DNA of 62,125 nt, the filler included, from Asterionella formosa (lineage: Eukaryota), in NCBI GenBank assembly GCA_002256025.1. It is 7 parts of 7 records of this genome, joined end to end, with 100 filler letters (N's around TTAATTAATTAA, not from the genome) between each part and the next. Parts side by side here need not be neighbours in the genome. Positions count along the whole stretch, not along the records: positions 35,576 to 44,359 come from NKIB01011635.1; positions 44,460 to 53,243 come from NKIB01011636.1; 5 more parts are not named here. One strand, given 5' to 3'. The notes beneath the pieces are model-generated. The model saw only the letters and a list, made by a program, of their open reading frames with translations, did no database searches and was not told the origin of the DNA. Below, piece after piece: positions 35,578-48,031 of this stretch. Made by a program: the position numbers and the translations under genes. The stretch's first letter is position 1; each line of letters opens with the position of its first letter.

Positions 35578-36372
35578 TCCATTTCCTATGCCTCGGTTGT
35601 CCCATCATCAAATCTGGGTAACATGAGTGCCTTTAATGTTACAGTGACTCGTGTGGAAGACAAGAGCACATCAATAATTACTGTTTTGGCAACACGCTTC
35701 ACTAACAAGAATTCTGCTTCACTGCTCAGCTCTCTCCCATCACCAGTCGCCGCTGACTCCACTCATGGAGTAAAGTTCTGGGTCCCATATGATGTCAACT
35801 CTGCATTGTCATTCGGAACCTACAAGGCCCTAATTCCTGTTGTGACCACGTCCTACCCTGATGGCAGTCGCTTTGCCGACCTTCGAGTCAATTTGAATCT
35901 ATATATTCCCCAGATCACTGCCACTGTGAATTTGACAAAAGGATACACTAGCCCAGGCTACACTGCTCCTAATTCTTCGGCTTACTTCTTGGTCACAGAT
36001 GCATCAGTCGGAACCACCAGTAGGGAGTGGTGGGGTGGTGATTCAACAAGTCTTTCGGTCCCTCTGATTTCCTTCAATTGCAACTTAAAGACAGTGAAAG
36101 CTTCTATCATTGGAACTCAGACATCTTGTTTTTGGGGTGGTGCAATTTGGCAAATGAATGCAGGACGAAGCGCTGATGGGTGTGCACATTTCTTGATGCT
36201 CACATTAGCCTCCTCGAGTTTAAATACATGGATGGTTGATCCAAGTTTAAAAGGTTGTAAGTTTGAGACACACCCAATAAAGCCAATTCAAATCAATGCT
36301 CATCGTTGGCATGATCCCAATGGTGGTGCAGTGATTGGCCGAATGGTTCTCAAGATGGAATCACAACTGTAA
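35578..36372 (+). CDS. C-terminal part of an unidentified, probably extracellular beta-rich protein (5'-truncated)
   Basis: Frame is open from the contig start for ~264 codons. Ser/Thr/Trp/Cys-rich. No motif confidently assigned. Confidence 0.6.
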   Translation, partial: SISYASVVPSSNLGNMSAFNVTVTRVEDKSTSIITVLATRFTNKNSASLLSSLPSPVAADSTHGVKFWVPYDVNSALSFGTYKALIPVVTTSYPDGSRFADLRVNLNLYIPQITATVNLTKGYTSPGYTAPNSSAYFLVTDASVGTTSREWWGGDSTSLSVPLISFNCNLKTVKASIIGTQTSCFWGGAIWQMNAGRSADGCAHFLMLTLASSSLNTWMVDPSLKGCKFETHPIKPIQINAHRWHDPNGGAVIGRMVLKMESQL

Positions 36373-39300
36373 CTTAATTATTCTCTTTTCTTTGTTCATT
36401 ATCTCGAAAGTATTTTTTAATTCTTTGTTAAGACTTGATCTTGCAGAGACATTCCATTTAGTAAGGACAGTTTGTTGAACCCACTCCCCTTATTTGTTCA
36501 ACCAAATTCACAGACTTGTTGCAGGTTAGGGAAAAACAGATTTCTACACAAGGGAATCAAAGAACCTTTGTTGAGATGTGAGAATGAATGGTACACCATT
36601 ATTTGTGATGTTTATTTCTATTGTTTTTATGATGTCATTTGCTGTGGCACCATCGCTAAACTTTATTGCTACCTTTTCTTATCCACTTACCCAGCACCAA
36701 TTGTCCCTGTTCCCCTGGAGGTCAGTTGGTCGGTTTATCCTTGTGGTGCTGTTGTTCACTTCTTCTTTACCCTTACTGCTTATCCCATTATTGTCAATGT
36801 CATCGCCATTGACCAGGATGATCCTCTGCAGCTTCTCTACACTGCCTGTCTGCCACTCTGATGGCCATTTTCATTGTCTCCATGCCCTTTCGGTATCTTC
36901 TGTTTCATTTGTCGTTGACATGGCAGTGCTCTACCTCAAACAATGTTCCACACCTATCCCATGCATCCATGCATTGTTCAGGTTGCTGATCACCCCAACT
37001 ATACACTCTGTACTCCCGATACTCAGCTCATATATACCGTGTTGAAACACATCAGCCTTGACCTGCACTATGCCACCATTGACCCCCTGCTGCCTTGCCC
37101 TCCTTCTCCAGTTGACTCCATCTCTTGTTTTTCTCCTGGCACAAAGCAGATCCTTTTATCTGTTCGAAACCTCTCCCTTCTGGACTGCCACACCCTCACT
37201 GCACCCCCTTCTCTTGTTATTTCTCTCTTTAACAGTTCACCTTCCTCCATGCAGGATCTCCAGTGTCAACTTGGTGAATTTATGACCATCAAACATTTCC
37301 ATCATAACGATTTCCTTTCCATCTCTAACATCCACAGTGTACTTTGCGATAATTTTGGAGATTCCAGCTCTCTTGTTCTTGAGGATTTTTTGAGTGTTAA
37401 GTCCAGACTCCTCACTAATCCTTCTTTCTGCCTCTGGCCTTTGCCTTGCCCTTGCCAAATTCTCTACTCTGCTTTTTCTTAAGCTACAAAATTTATGCAC
37501 CCCCTCATTCCAGGCCACACTATGCAGTACCTACAAGCCTTTCTATGGGAACCATCCTACCTTCTAATGGATGAGTTTCAGGTGCCTTTGATGGTGACAA
37601 GCCTCAATTCATTTAAGGATTGTGCCATGGCTATGGACCTCATTTGTGGTAGCTACACATCAAAATTTCAAAAATGTTTTGGATGTTGGAGTAAAGAAGC
37701 TTTTTAAGGGTTTTGTAAGGGATGCACATGAGGACTGGTGGATAATGGCCCATCCTCATGGTTTGAAGGTGAAGTGACAGGATGTTGCTCAGTGAGTTTG
37801 GACAGCTTGGGAGAGGGTTTCACAATCAATAATTTTGAACACTTGGAATTTGGTTGATTACTTTGCAAGGAGTTGATGATGCTATTTTATTCAGAAAGTG
37901 CAGCATGTGACTAGAACTATATCTTCATAGTCTGTTTAAGTATGCTCAATTGTTACATTATTGATTTGGAGAAGCAATTCAATAGTGTCAATGTTAAATA
38001 ATTCAACACATAATTTACAATTCAATTTTTCACATTGAAGCTACTACTAGTAGAACTACATTTGACATGAATCACTATCCATGCCAAAGGAAATGATTCT
38101 AGAGTCTATTTACTGTTCAACTAGCTATGTTATAATATAATAGATATCTATAATGTTATTGAGGAATGCTACAAACGAATCTACTCCTGGCCTTGAATTT
38201 CCACCATTGAGCAAAATGTAGCCATTCCGGCATTCCTCTTGCTCTTTTTTCTCATCATAGAATTTTCATTTTCATCATACAATTCTAGCAACTGTGCAAA
38301 CTTGTCAATGCACATGCTCCATTTGTCTGCAAATGAAATTTCCATTAGATCTAACATTTTACTCAGCATATGATGAAAAAGTTCTAGATTAAGCTAAATT
38401 TTTATTCTACCGAACATAATTTTGATACAACAATAATTGATTCTGTTTGATCAATCAAATTTTTATCTCAGGTTAAGATTTCATACATATGACATTGTGC
38501 ATATGTAAAAACTTATTCAACATATGTACCAAAAGTTATTGATAAGGCAAATTTGCTGATCTATTCTGATCGATCAATAGAAGCTATATCTGCTTATGAC
38601 AACATTACACATATCACCTCATGCATACATAAAAACTTGTACCCAGAAGAGTACCGGTATTACCAGATGACTGCATACTGATCTTTGTGCATTGGGTCCT
38701 TGTTGCCATTCCAATTTGATCACTTGGCTGTGTTGCTGCACTTAATGAACAGGTACTCCTCTCTCCTCTCCCCATTCTCATATTGGCAATCGAAATTCTA
38801 CCTATTGACTAAGCCATGTGCGCTTGTCGAGTTCCTCACGAGTTACTTTCCTGCAGAGAAGATGAAGATCTTAGTCTTGTAACAAATCATATGGTTTCGA
38901 TACTGAATGGGAATTATGCTGGCTAAGTTGGATTGTTTGTTTGTTACACGAAAGCCAAAGCTTTGGTCAATTTATACAACACAATCGGAGTACAATCCAT
39001 TGAAGGTCATGCCCACATACCATCCGAAATCAAGAAGATAATTCCTTTTGATCATAGTTCGCCCACTGCAGAGATAGGTTCATATTTCGAATCTGTTGTT
39101 CAAGGCAAGTTGTGGATCAGAGTGAAGATGGACCAGATGGCGGCACAGTTTGTTGCTCGTGGTCTTAATCATGAGTCTTCCATTCTCATTGACTATTGGA
39201 GGGGGAATGATTGTATGCTGCCAACTTGGACCGCACAGACATCACAAATCAATGAACAGTTGCATCTCTTCTACAGAATCAATCAAGAAATAGCAACTTT

Positions 39301-39582
39301 ACTTGAATGATAGAAGTGGGTTTCAAATGACAATCACACCTTTATTAGTTATGTTCTACCCCTTGTTTTAAGAATTCTTGTTACTGGCAAGATTTGCAAT
39401 AGGACATAAAGTATATGTCATGACTTCATTGCCATACTGGTATGCACTTACACTATATTTTTTTGTACTAAATATATACTATTGTATTATGTCCCACACA
39501 TATTTACTGGTATGTATTATGTATTATATATTAGAAAGTAGAGTACCTGGTGGTACTACCATTAATTATTCAATATTAAGCA

Positions 39583-40182
39583 ATGGCGTACAGCAACAAC
39601 AGTAGTCGAGATGAGTCCAATGATGTTGATGAAGTGCTTCATTATTGCTGGGGAGTTTCCAATGGTCCCCATACATTTACCAATGTTGTTAGTACCTTTA
39701 TTGATACAGAAGAAAAGAGGAATAAGCTTCTTGGCACTATTTCGGCCACATTTAAAAAGCATCGTCGAAATTGGGAAGCATTTTTTCCCGACCAGCCGAT
39801 GGAATTAGTCATTCCTGTCATTCCAAGTAAAGAACATCAACATCGTGTGTTATCTCTGTATTAATCTACACAGATTATTGACAACGAGATAGTTGGAAAT
39901 GAAGATTGTCAGGTTTGTTTGGTAGATCTTGTTTCTATTTCCACAGAGTCTATTGCTTTCGATTTGCTTGATATTAAGCAGTTATCCCGTTCCAAAGCGA
40001 AAGCGAAAGGTAGTAAACAAAAGAAAATTCCAGACATCATTGTTACAAATCTGGAGATAATTCACGAAAGCTTTCCAAAGAATTCCAAAATTGTTGGGTT
40101 GACTGATAGAAAACCTAAGATAGGGTTCCGGGGAGTTCGGCTGACGAAAAGACAGGTCCTGTTGTACCGTACGGATGAATAA
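39583..40182 (+). pseudogene. Unknown ORF interrupted by a single in-frame TAA (39862-39864)
   Basis: ORFs 39583-39864 and 39919-40182 share one frame, with no other stop between them. Confidence 0.4.
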
Positions 40183-40280
40183 AACCGGTACTAATTGTGT
40201 CCATTTATTCATTTATTTGGGCACAAGTGCGATTATTGGATAGCTTTAACTTACTAGAAGATTTGATTGATAATTTTTAA

Positions 40281-40767
40281 ATTACTACGCTGGTACTATG
40301 AAACTGTAGCTTTGCCCTACCAACATTCCCGTCTCCCCTCGTTTCAATCCCCGGTAGAAGCAACATGACATGGCTACTGAGAAACTATACCTATAACTAC
40401 GCTGGTACTGTGAAACTGTAGCTTTGCCCTTTCAGCATTCCCGTCTTCTCCTTGTTTCAATACCCGTTGGGAACATGACGTAGGTACTGAGAAACTATAC
40501 CTATTACTATGCTGGTACTGTGAAACTGTAGCTTTGCCCTACCAGCATTCTTCCTGTCTTCCCTTGTTTCAATACCCGGTAGGAACATGACATTGCTACT
40601 GTGAAACTATACCTATTACTACGCTGGTACTATGAAACTGTAGCGTTGCCCTATCAGCATTCCCGTATTCCCCTTGTTTCAATCCCCGGTAGGAACATGA
40701 TGTCGCTACTGTGAAATTATACCTATTCCTACGTTGGGACTGTGAAACTGTAGCTTTGCGCTACCAA
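40281..40767. repeat. Minisatellite, ~4.4 copies of a 110-112-bp unit
   Basis: Units start at 40281, 40393, 40503, 40615 and 40725 (ATTACTACGCTGGTACTGTGAAACTGTAGCTTTGCCCT...GAAACTATACCT). Confidence 0.95.
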
Positions 40768-43196
40768 TCTAGTCTATTACTGAGTATGTCAGTATGACCT
40801 CGCTTACCAAGAATCCAGCACTTGCCCACTGTCTAATTCTATAGTTGACAAACCATAATCCCTTTCTGCTTCCTTCTGTTACAGTCACGTTTCTCTTGAC
40901 GTTTGCACGCTATGGATAGTGCAATACATCACTTGTTATCTGGAATGGCAAAGACTACAAGTGCTACAAGGAATGGGACGATCTTAGTTGTGAAGCCAGG
41001 GGATACCGATCACAGATTATTCAATCAGAAAAAACGTGTTTCTATGGCGTATTTCATGTCTGTTCAATTGACAACAGGAGAGTAAGGAACGACTCTTACT
41101 GGACAGATACTTTGATCAAGATGACAAAAGAAAGGAGATATTAGATTACATTGTCCTGGATTTTGTTCTCAAAAATTTCTATGTGGTCCTAGAGTCTGGG
41201 TTGTTAAGCAAAACATTGTTAGGGACATAAAGAAAAAAATTTCGGAATCATAGAGGACCAGCAATGATTCTATGGAAAACTCACTTTCCTTGAGATTTTA
41301 GATTACATCATATAGACAACAATATAACACCAAACGCAGCAGCAATAGACAATTTCCAATGTTTCATTACTGATTCATTACGACTGATCAAAACGGTTCT
41401 GATAACAGATAACTTCCTTTATGTTATCTACAGAATTGAACAACAACGCATGTTTTTCCTCAATTTATCTTTTATTTCAGATGAGATTTTTGGAACAGAA
41501 GAAAACGACGATGCATTTTTACATGTGGCGAAATATTTTTGTACTTCCAAGAAATTCTAAAACCCTCCGATTCATTTGTCGAAACCAACATTCAAAACAA
41601 CTGCAACATGCAAAGCACTTGTAAATACCACGGAAGGAAAAGCCATGCAAGTGTTTCCCTTTCAAGAATTATACTGACAGCTTTTAGATATTCAAATATG
41701 GATCTGCCAAATGTAAATTCATTTTGGCATATGATAAAGTGCTTACTTCTAGGTTCCAATGATGTATCCGGCAAAAGTGACAGAACACACTGCCAATATG
41801 TTGTTCACCAATTCTGGAAAGAATGGCTACCCAAAACCTCAGAAACCACACCAAGATTATACACCGACAGAATGCGAAAGGGAAACGCCAATGCCTTGGA
41901 TAATGAAAATGTCGTTGTCTTTAGGAGGGAACTGTTTAAATTTACTATGGGATAATTGTGTGGATGAGAAACATGAAATACCACAACAATGTCCTCATAG
42001 GTACTGGCATTAAGAAAATTTTCGGGAGTTTCAGTATCTTCTCAACCATACATAGTTTTCAGGGTACTGTTTATAAAATTTTCCATTTTGTCTTTGACAT
42101 GACTGTGAAGCCTTTTTTTAGAGAATTGTCATCATGATTGCTGTTCCATAACTTATTTTGAGATTCGTTCTCACCAGCACATTTACCAGTTCGTTTTGTT
42201 CCCTTGTTTGACATGATGATAATGAAGTAGGAGAAGAATGAATGTAGATGTTTCATAATCAAAGCTTGAAAATTTATCTACCGGTACTGGTATATTACTT
42301 CCATTTCTGGTGCGCCAAAAATAAAAGTTACCCATTAAGTGTGTTAGGTCATGAAGAATTATTAATGGATCATTCATAAATGTTTCTTATAGTTCGAAGA
42401 TTTAATCCGAGTACATAATGATTTAGATACGTCATGTGTTGATCATGATCAAACTTATATCGTGTCGATTAAATACTGTTGATATACTGTACTGTCTGAG
42501 TCATGTAAGTACCAGTATACATCATAGTTATGTACGAGTGGTAACTGGTTGGATAAATGTGTACAACAAAGGAATTCGACATTATAATAATATCTCTCAA
42601 TCCTACCTGTAGATGTGAGAATGAGGATTGATACCCTGTCACTTATCAATAAAGCATGAAAGGCGATGTCAGTTATATTCTTTACCTGGTGTTCATATGT
42701 CTATTGGAGCGCGAAGTTGTTGTATTTTTTCAATTATGTTTATTAAAACCCCTTGCTTGCTTGTTATTGATTCTATCGCTTCACGTTGTTACGGCGTCGT
42801 CTTGGTGCATTTGAGTGTAAAGAAGAGCGCTTGTGATCATATTTTGTGGATTGTTTCATTGCATCTATGTGGATTTGGTTTACTCACTGCAACACTTTCG
42901 AAAACGTTTTTCTTATCTCCTACAGGAAAAACATAGAAGAAAGTTATGAAATATGAGTTTGCTGTCATTTGTAATGGTGGAATTTTGAATTGTTACATAA
43001 GCAATTTCGATGACTCTTTCATTTCATCTTTAAGAATGTCAAAGTGAATAACACATGTCACTGAAACAAAAGGAATGAACAATGACCATGTGTTCATTCT
43101 GTGAAAGGATGTGGCACGAATAAAGCATATAAGATTAAATAGCAATCCATTTAACTCGACTTTTCTACCGTAAATCCCATGCTCACGTCTCCTCAA

Positions 43197-43358
43197 CCCA
43201 AAATTAGATTTGTTTAGTTGGGGAGACAGAACGATGGCGATTTTGACATTGCCCACTTCCGTTGTTCAAAACGTCATCCCAAAATTAGATTTGTTTAGTT
43301 GGGGAGACAGAACGATGGCGATTTTGACATTGCCCACTTCCGTTGTTCAAAACGTCAT
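43197..43358. repeat. Perfect 81-bp tandem duplication
   Basis: CCCAAAATTAGATTTG...CAAAACGTCAT occurs at 43197-43277 and 43278-43358. Confidence 0.95.
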
Positions 43359-43915
43359 CCCCATTGTCTTCTCCATCGTTTAAAACATACAGATGTACAT
43401 AATAAGTAATATTGCTGCTTCTTGGTTGAATCAGTAATCTATGATCATTTTATATTCCTTAATTTTGGCACACTTGTGAGCCAAAATTAGCACAATCCGC
43501 ATACTAAATTTTTGAGTGACGTGGCTGCATATACCTATTTCTACACCCATATTATCTTTTGTAGGTTCTACAAGGTTCTGTCTTGCCAGAATTTCCGCAA
43601 AGCAGCGACCACATCGTGTCACCGGTTTTTATGTGTGCATCATGAAGAAAAAATTCGTCGCCCTGAGGCTGAAGAAAACGATTTTGGCAGAAGCTTTTTC
43701 GAAGCCAAATAACATTAAGCCAAGTGCAAGAGCCTATTCTGTGTTACCTGAGCAGATCAGGCGATGAAGGAACATGTTTGCTTCCTTACCTGTTCCAGCA
43801 GGAGACGACAACGATGAGGACAATGGCAATCAACAAAATCGTCAGCCCTCGCAGATTTTGAATAAGAAAACAGCTCACCAAGGTGGTGTCGGAAAAAGTG
43901 TCGGTGAATTCGCAA

Positions 43916-44359
43916 TGTTGCGGTCAACTTTTGATGGTTTGAGGCAGTCTCCGTGATCGATTGTAATCGTTCCTAAGAGTTTTAATAGAATTATGGGTTT
44001 TTACTGTTGGCGTAGATTGTTTTCGAATTCTCTGGTACCATATTCTTTCTTGATTCATTCGATTCAATATGTAGTAGGTAATTTATACCGGGATTTTCTT
44101 TCCTAAAATATTTTCTCCAACACACTCCTGCTGGACACGGATGCTCACTTTGAATTCATAATTTGCTGACGAAAATGAATAAATTTCGTTCCAACCAGTG
44201 GTTTCGTCATGTAGTCTGCTAACATTGCATCTGATGGACAGTACTTGATTTGTACTTCCTTTCTTTCAATAAGATCAGTAATATAAAAATATTTGATGTT
44301 GAAATGTCGCGTGCGTTTTCCTGAACTTGCTTTTCCATTTGCTTCTAGCTTCATTGCGC
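43916..44359 (-). mobile_element. Ty1/copia 3' end: RNase H C-terminus, PPT and 3' LTR (~43916-44122)
   Basis: NGKASSGKRTRHFNIKYFYITD...CPSDAMLADYMTKPLVG. CAGCAGGAGTG precedes the LTR start TGTTGG. CAACA end at 43916 (alternative 44005). Confidence 0.9.
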
Positions 44360-44459
44360 NNNNNNNNNNNNNNNNNNNNNNNNNNNNNNNNNNNNNNNNN
44401 NNNTTAATTAATTAANNNNNNNNNNNNNNNNNNNNNNNNNNNNNNNNNNNNNNNNNNNN

Positions 44460-44834
44460 TCTGCTTCCACAACAAGAATCTATCAGCAGCAACAACGGCA
44501 ACAGCAAGAAAACGACGACATTTCACCAGAACATTTCGACTTGAGCCTCGTTGCGTCGCTGAACGCACGTCGCGAGGCTCTCGAAAAAGGCATTGGCAAG
44601 CGTTATGTTGTGAGAACTATGCTTGGTTTTCTCAATGTTCATTCCACTTACATGGATGGTCCATATGCCACCAACAATATTGTACATTCCTTGAGCGAAG
44701 GTACTATTATCACTTCGACAGAATCCAATACAACCATTGGATTCCCACCCGAAGTTTGGATTCATCATGATAGAGGTGGCTGGTCTGTGGCAGAGTTTAG
44801 AGGATTTAAGTGGTTGGAAGAAATTCGAGAGTGA
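44460..44834 (+). CDS. Small protein with an SH3-like C-terminal domain (5'-truncated)
   Basis: Frame is open from the contig start. GFLNVHS...NIVHSLSEGTIIT...WIHHDRGGWS resembles SH3b-type domains. Confidence 0.6.
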   Translation, partial: SASTTRIYQQQQRQQQENDDISPEHFDLSLVASLNARREALEKGIGKRYVVRTMLGFLNVHSTYMDGPYATNNIVHSLSEGTIITSTESNTTIGFPPEVWIHHDRGGWSVAEFRGFKWLEEIRE

Positions 44835-45023
44835 CCTTTAATTTGGATTTTTACGTGTGCTAATTTTGTCATTTTGACCACGAGGATATCCTAATAGGCA
44901 CCATCATATTTGAAGCTTCCATCATTTCTAAAGGAGCGAGAGTGTGAGGTCCTCCATCTCGAATTTTTCATTGATAATTAACCTGTAGTCAATGCGAGTG
45001 GATCGAAAAATTACAAAAATAGT

Positions 45024-45058
45024 CTAATTTTGGGGGGGGGGGGGGGGGGGGGGGGGGT

Positions 45059-45092
<34 letters not shown>

Positions 45093-46664
45093 CGGGGGGG
45101 GGGGGGGGGGGGGGGGGTGTGGGGGGGGGGGGGGGGGGGGGCGGGGGGGCTGGGCAACGCTAATACCCTGCAGTCCGTAGAGGATACCAGGTCGAGATTC
45201 TCCCTCCACCAGCCTCATGTCCAATGTTACGAACATCATTGCTAAAAATGCTTGACTCTCGTAGGCTATAAATTTTCGGCCTGGGCATAGATGAGCTCCA
45301 CCCCCAAAGGGTCGTAGATGAGAAGATAAAAGTGTATTTCCCTTAAGTGATCTGGCAGTGGGATCCAAGAATCGATCGTATTGGAAAACATTAGGGTCCT
45401 TGAAAATATCTGGATCATAATGCATGACATTGGGTAGAGCCATAATGTTAGTACCTTTCTTAATCATATACTTGGCAGTAGTAGGTGATGATTCCTTGGG
45501 ATTAAGAAGAAAGTCTTTGACTACTTCTCGCACAGAAAAGAGGCCATGATACATTCGCAAACTTTCTTGAAAGGCGGAATGTAGAACAGGCATTTGGTCT
45601 AGTTCGTCCATAGTGAACCAATCACGACTACTTTCTTTTCTGGCCACCACAGCAAGGACTTCTCGACGGCAAGCGTTGTAGGCTAGGGTATCGCTGATGA
45701 TATTATAGAGTGTCCAAAATACACCAGGTAAGGAATTTCCAACAGATCCCCAAAATAACGCCAGGTTCATTCTGGCGAGCATTTCCTTTGGCATGTATAG
45801 TGTATCATCGCGCTCTTTCATGAGAGGCGACGCTCCGTGTAAAAATTCTGGCAGCAAAAAGAGGGCTAATAAATCTTGTCGTGATTTTCGTACTTTTTTG
45901 GTCATGAATGACGGTGCCTCTCCAAATAACAGAGGAACCCCAGCATCAAAGGCTAGGAAGAGTTCGAAAACTTCGTCCGTTGCGACCGACGTGCTGATGA
46001 GTGGCCCGATAGATGCCTTAAATACAGTCTTCCGAACAAAGTCGAACATTCTAAATTTTATCCACTCATCCATGTTGCCTTCGGATGAGTGCGCTGTGAA
46101 AATAGTGTTCAGTGTCTGCAGAAGGTAGTCCTGAGCTTTGCGCAAGACACCACTTAGCAAGTCCTTGCTAAGAACGTGATTGTGAATTTGAGTCAGTGCC
46201 ATCTTCGCATCGCCTTTATTTTCCTGTGCAAAGGTAATGTCAGCTTCTTTCTCTGTCAAACCCAGCACATTCATCAAAAACTTGCGTTGGAGCGCCAAAT
46301 CATCTATTTCTTTCGTGTCCTTCCATACCATGGGGATGTACTGCGAATCTGCAATAAAGAGGCACTTTCGTCCGGCAATTGTAGCCGTAAATGCGGGGGA
46401 GTTGAATTTCCTAGCGTACTTGTGGATGAATTCTCGTGTCAACCCCTGGTTCATTTCCAATGCCGATCCAAGAAATGGAATCCAAGAAACAACATGAGGA
46501 GGATATCGCGTGCCCTTCGGAAGAGGCGCTTTACTTTGAAAGAAAAACAGCAGAGAAATCAACCCAACGACTACGAATGATGCGGCGACGGTCGTCACAT
46601 CGTCGTTAAGAAACTCAATACTTCGAGTGAAAAAGGAAACGGGTAGTATGTTAGCATTGATCAT
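45024..46664 (-). CDS. Cytochrome P450, CYP7/CYP8-like; true C-terminus obscured by a poly-G tract
   Basis: N-terminal anchor and WIPFLGSAL. I-helix FWGSVGNSLP, ESLR, YDRF and heme motif FGGGAHLCPGR. Confidence 0.93.
45032..45149 (+). repeat. ~118-bp near-pure poly-G tract
   Basis: Directly visible, with sparse T/C interruptions. Confidence 0.9.
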
Positions 46665-46856
46665 GATGAAAGTGTAAATGGTTTTATCACTTCTGTTTTC
46701 CTTGTCATAAATCTGTTCGAGTTAAATTACCGGTACGAAGTAAGTATGGAAGCCAGATGTGAATACCCAAAGATGTCATACCATCGCTTAGCTCACTTTC
46801 TCGGTACCAGGTAGAGTACCTGGTAGGAGTATCTGGTTACCTGGTAATGCCAGGTT

Positions 46857-47443
46857 AAATTTTGTACATAAATAACATGAATTAATTTTATGTATATAGC
46901 TAAATTCAAATAACTTTTTCATTCTATCTCGTTGTTGTCAGGGTTGAGTTCATTCATGATGAACTTGAAATCGAAGTCAAATTGCACAGCGATGGATAAG
47001 AAATTGTTGTAATAGCTTAGTAATTGTAACTGTTGTAGGTCCGTATTTGAGGCATTCCTGAACAGTTCTAACTCCAGATAGCCCAGCAGTGCTGTCAAGC
47101 TCAAGAGCTTTTGCATGTGAATGGGTTGGTTATGCAGGCGTGGATTTTCCATGCTCAGCACTAAATAGGTCAAATGTAAACCAAATCATGTGCTCCCAGT
47201 CCGCTTGGTGATTTTACTGATAGCGCTGCTCATGGCAGTTAAGTTGACATATCAAGCAGGATGGGATGTTGTAAAATTGTTGAGCAAACCAACAGAATAA
47301 TAACAACATGGTCAATGTGATTTTAACAAGGGTTTTAGGCACAAAATATTATATATAGTAGGGTGAGGGGTTTTGCTAGGTAATACTAGGCCTACGGGGT
47401 CTACCTCGCTCGTGGCCCCAGAAATTGCACAAAGTCATAGGTA
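46857..47443. repeat. Dispersed repeat, copy 2 (homologous to 23996-24587)
   Basis: Colinear shared blocks and the same CATAGG-TA terminus. Confidence 0.8.
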
Positions 47444-47922
47444 TATCATCTGCATAATCTTCATGTACTTCAAGAGTACGGAAAAAAGTTTAAAATGATT
47501 GATAATGATTGATCAAATTAATTGTTCAGGTGATTCTTGTGCTATTCAATGGATTCATTCCATTTTTCAATGCCAGGTGCCGCCCAGAAAAAACTGCCAT
47601 GACTCATTGAGTTAGGGTGTTTGTTTGACACCTTGTTTATTGTTCGATAGTGTCAGAGCAGCATTGATCAACCAAGCTGTCATTGTAAAAATTCTGATTG
47701 AAGGATTTCATCAAAAGATACGGTGATAATAAAACAGCTAAAAAGTGTTTTCAATGTGTCACAGCAGTAAGTTAAATACCAATTTATACCTCTCCAGAAA
47801 TTTGGTTCCCTCGTGACTATTCTAGTCACTGGTCAACATACCCATCATGGATACTCCACTATTATTAACTTCTGTTCTCTCAACAGTCCTACCAGGACTC
47901 ATGTTTTTCCTCTTTTACTTGT

Positions 47923-48031
47923 TTCCTGTTCCATAACAGTCATGTCCATCGTGGTTACTCCCCTATTAACAAGTTCCTGTGCCACAACAGTCATGTCCAT
48001 TGTGGTTACTCCACTATTAATAATTTCCTGT
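47923..48031. repeat. Imperfect 51-bp tandem duplication
   Basis: TTCCTGT...ACAGTCATGTCCAT.GTGGTTACTCC.CTATTAA units start at 47923, 47974 and 48025 (partial). Confidence 0.85.

Noticed and set aside
35578..36372. Possible C-terminal region of a secreted metallopeptidase
   Set aside because: Only a vague resemblance; no catalytic motif in the visible part.
36472..37707. Overlapping + strand ORFs of 129-179 aa
   Set aside because: CpG-poor, pyrimidine-rich and without recognisable motifs; likely decayed TE sequence.
40281..40767. Possible CRISPR array
   Set aside because: Whole units are homologous with no unique spacers, there are no cas genes, and the context is eukaryotic.
45030..45245. 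Gly-rich ORF on + and a formin/extensin-like poly-Pro tail on -
   Set aside because: Both are translations of the poly-G tract.
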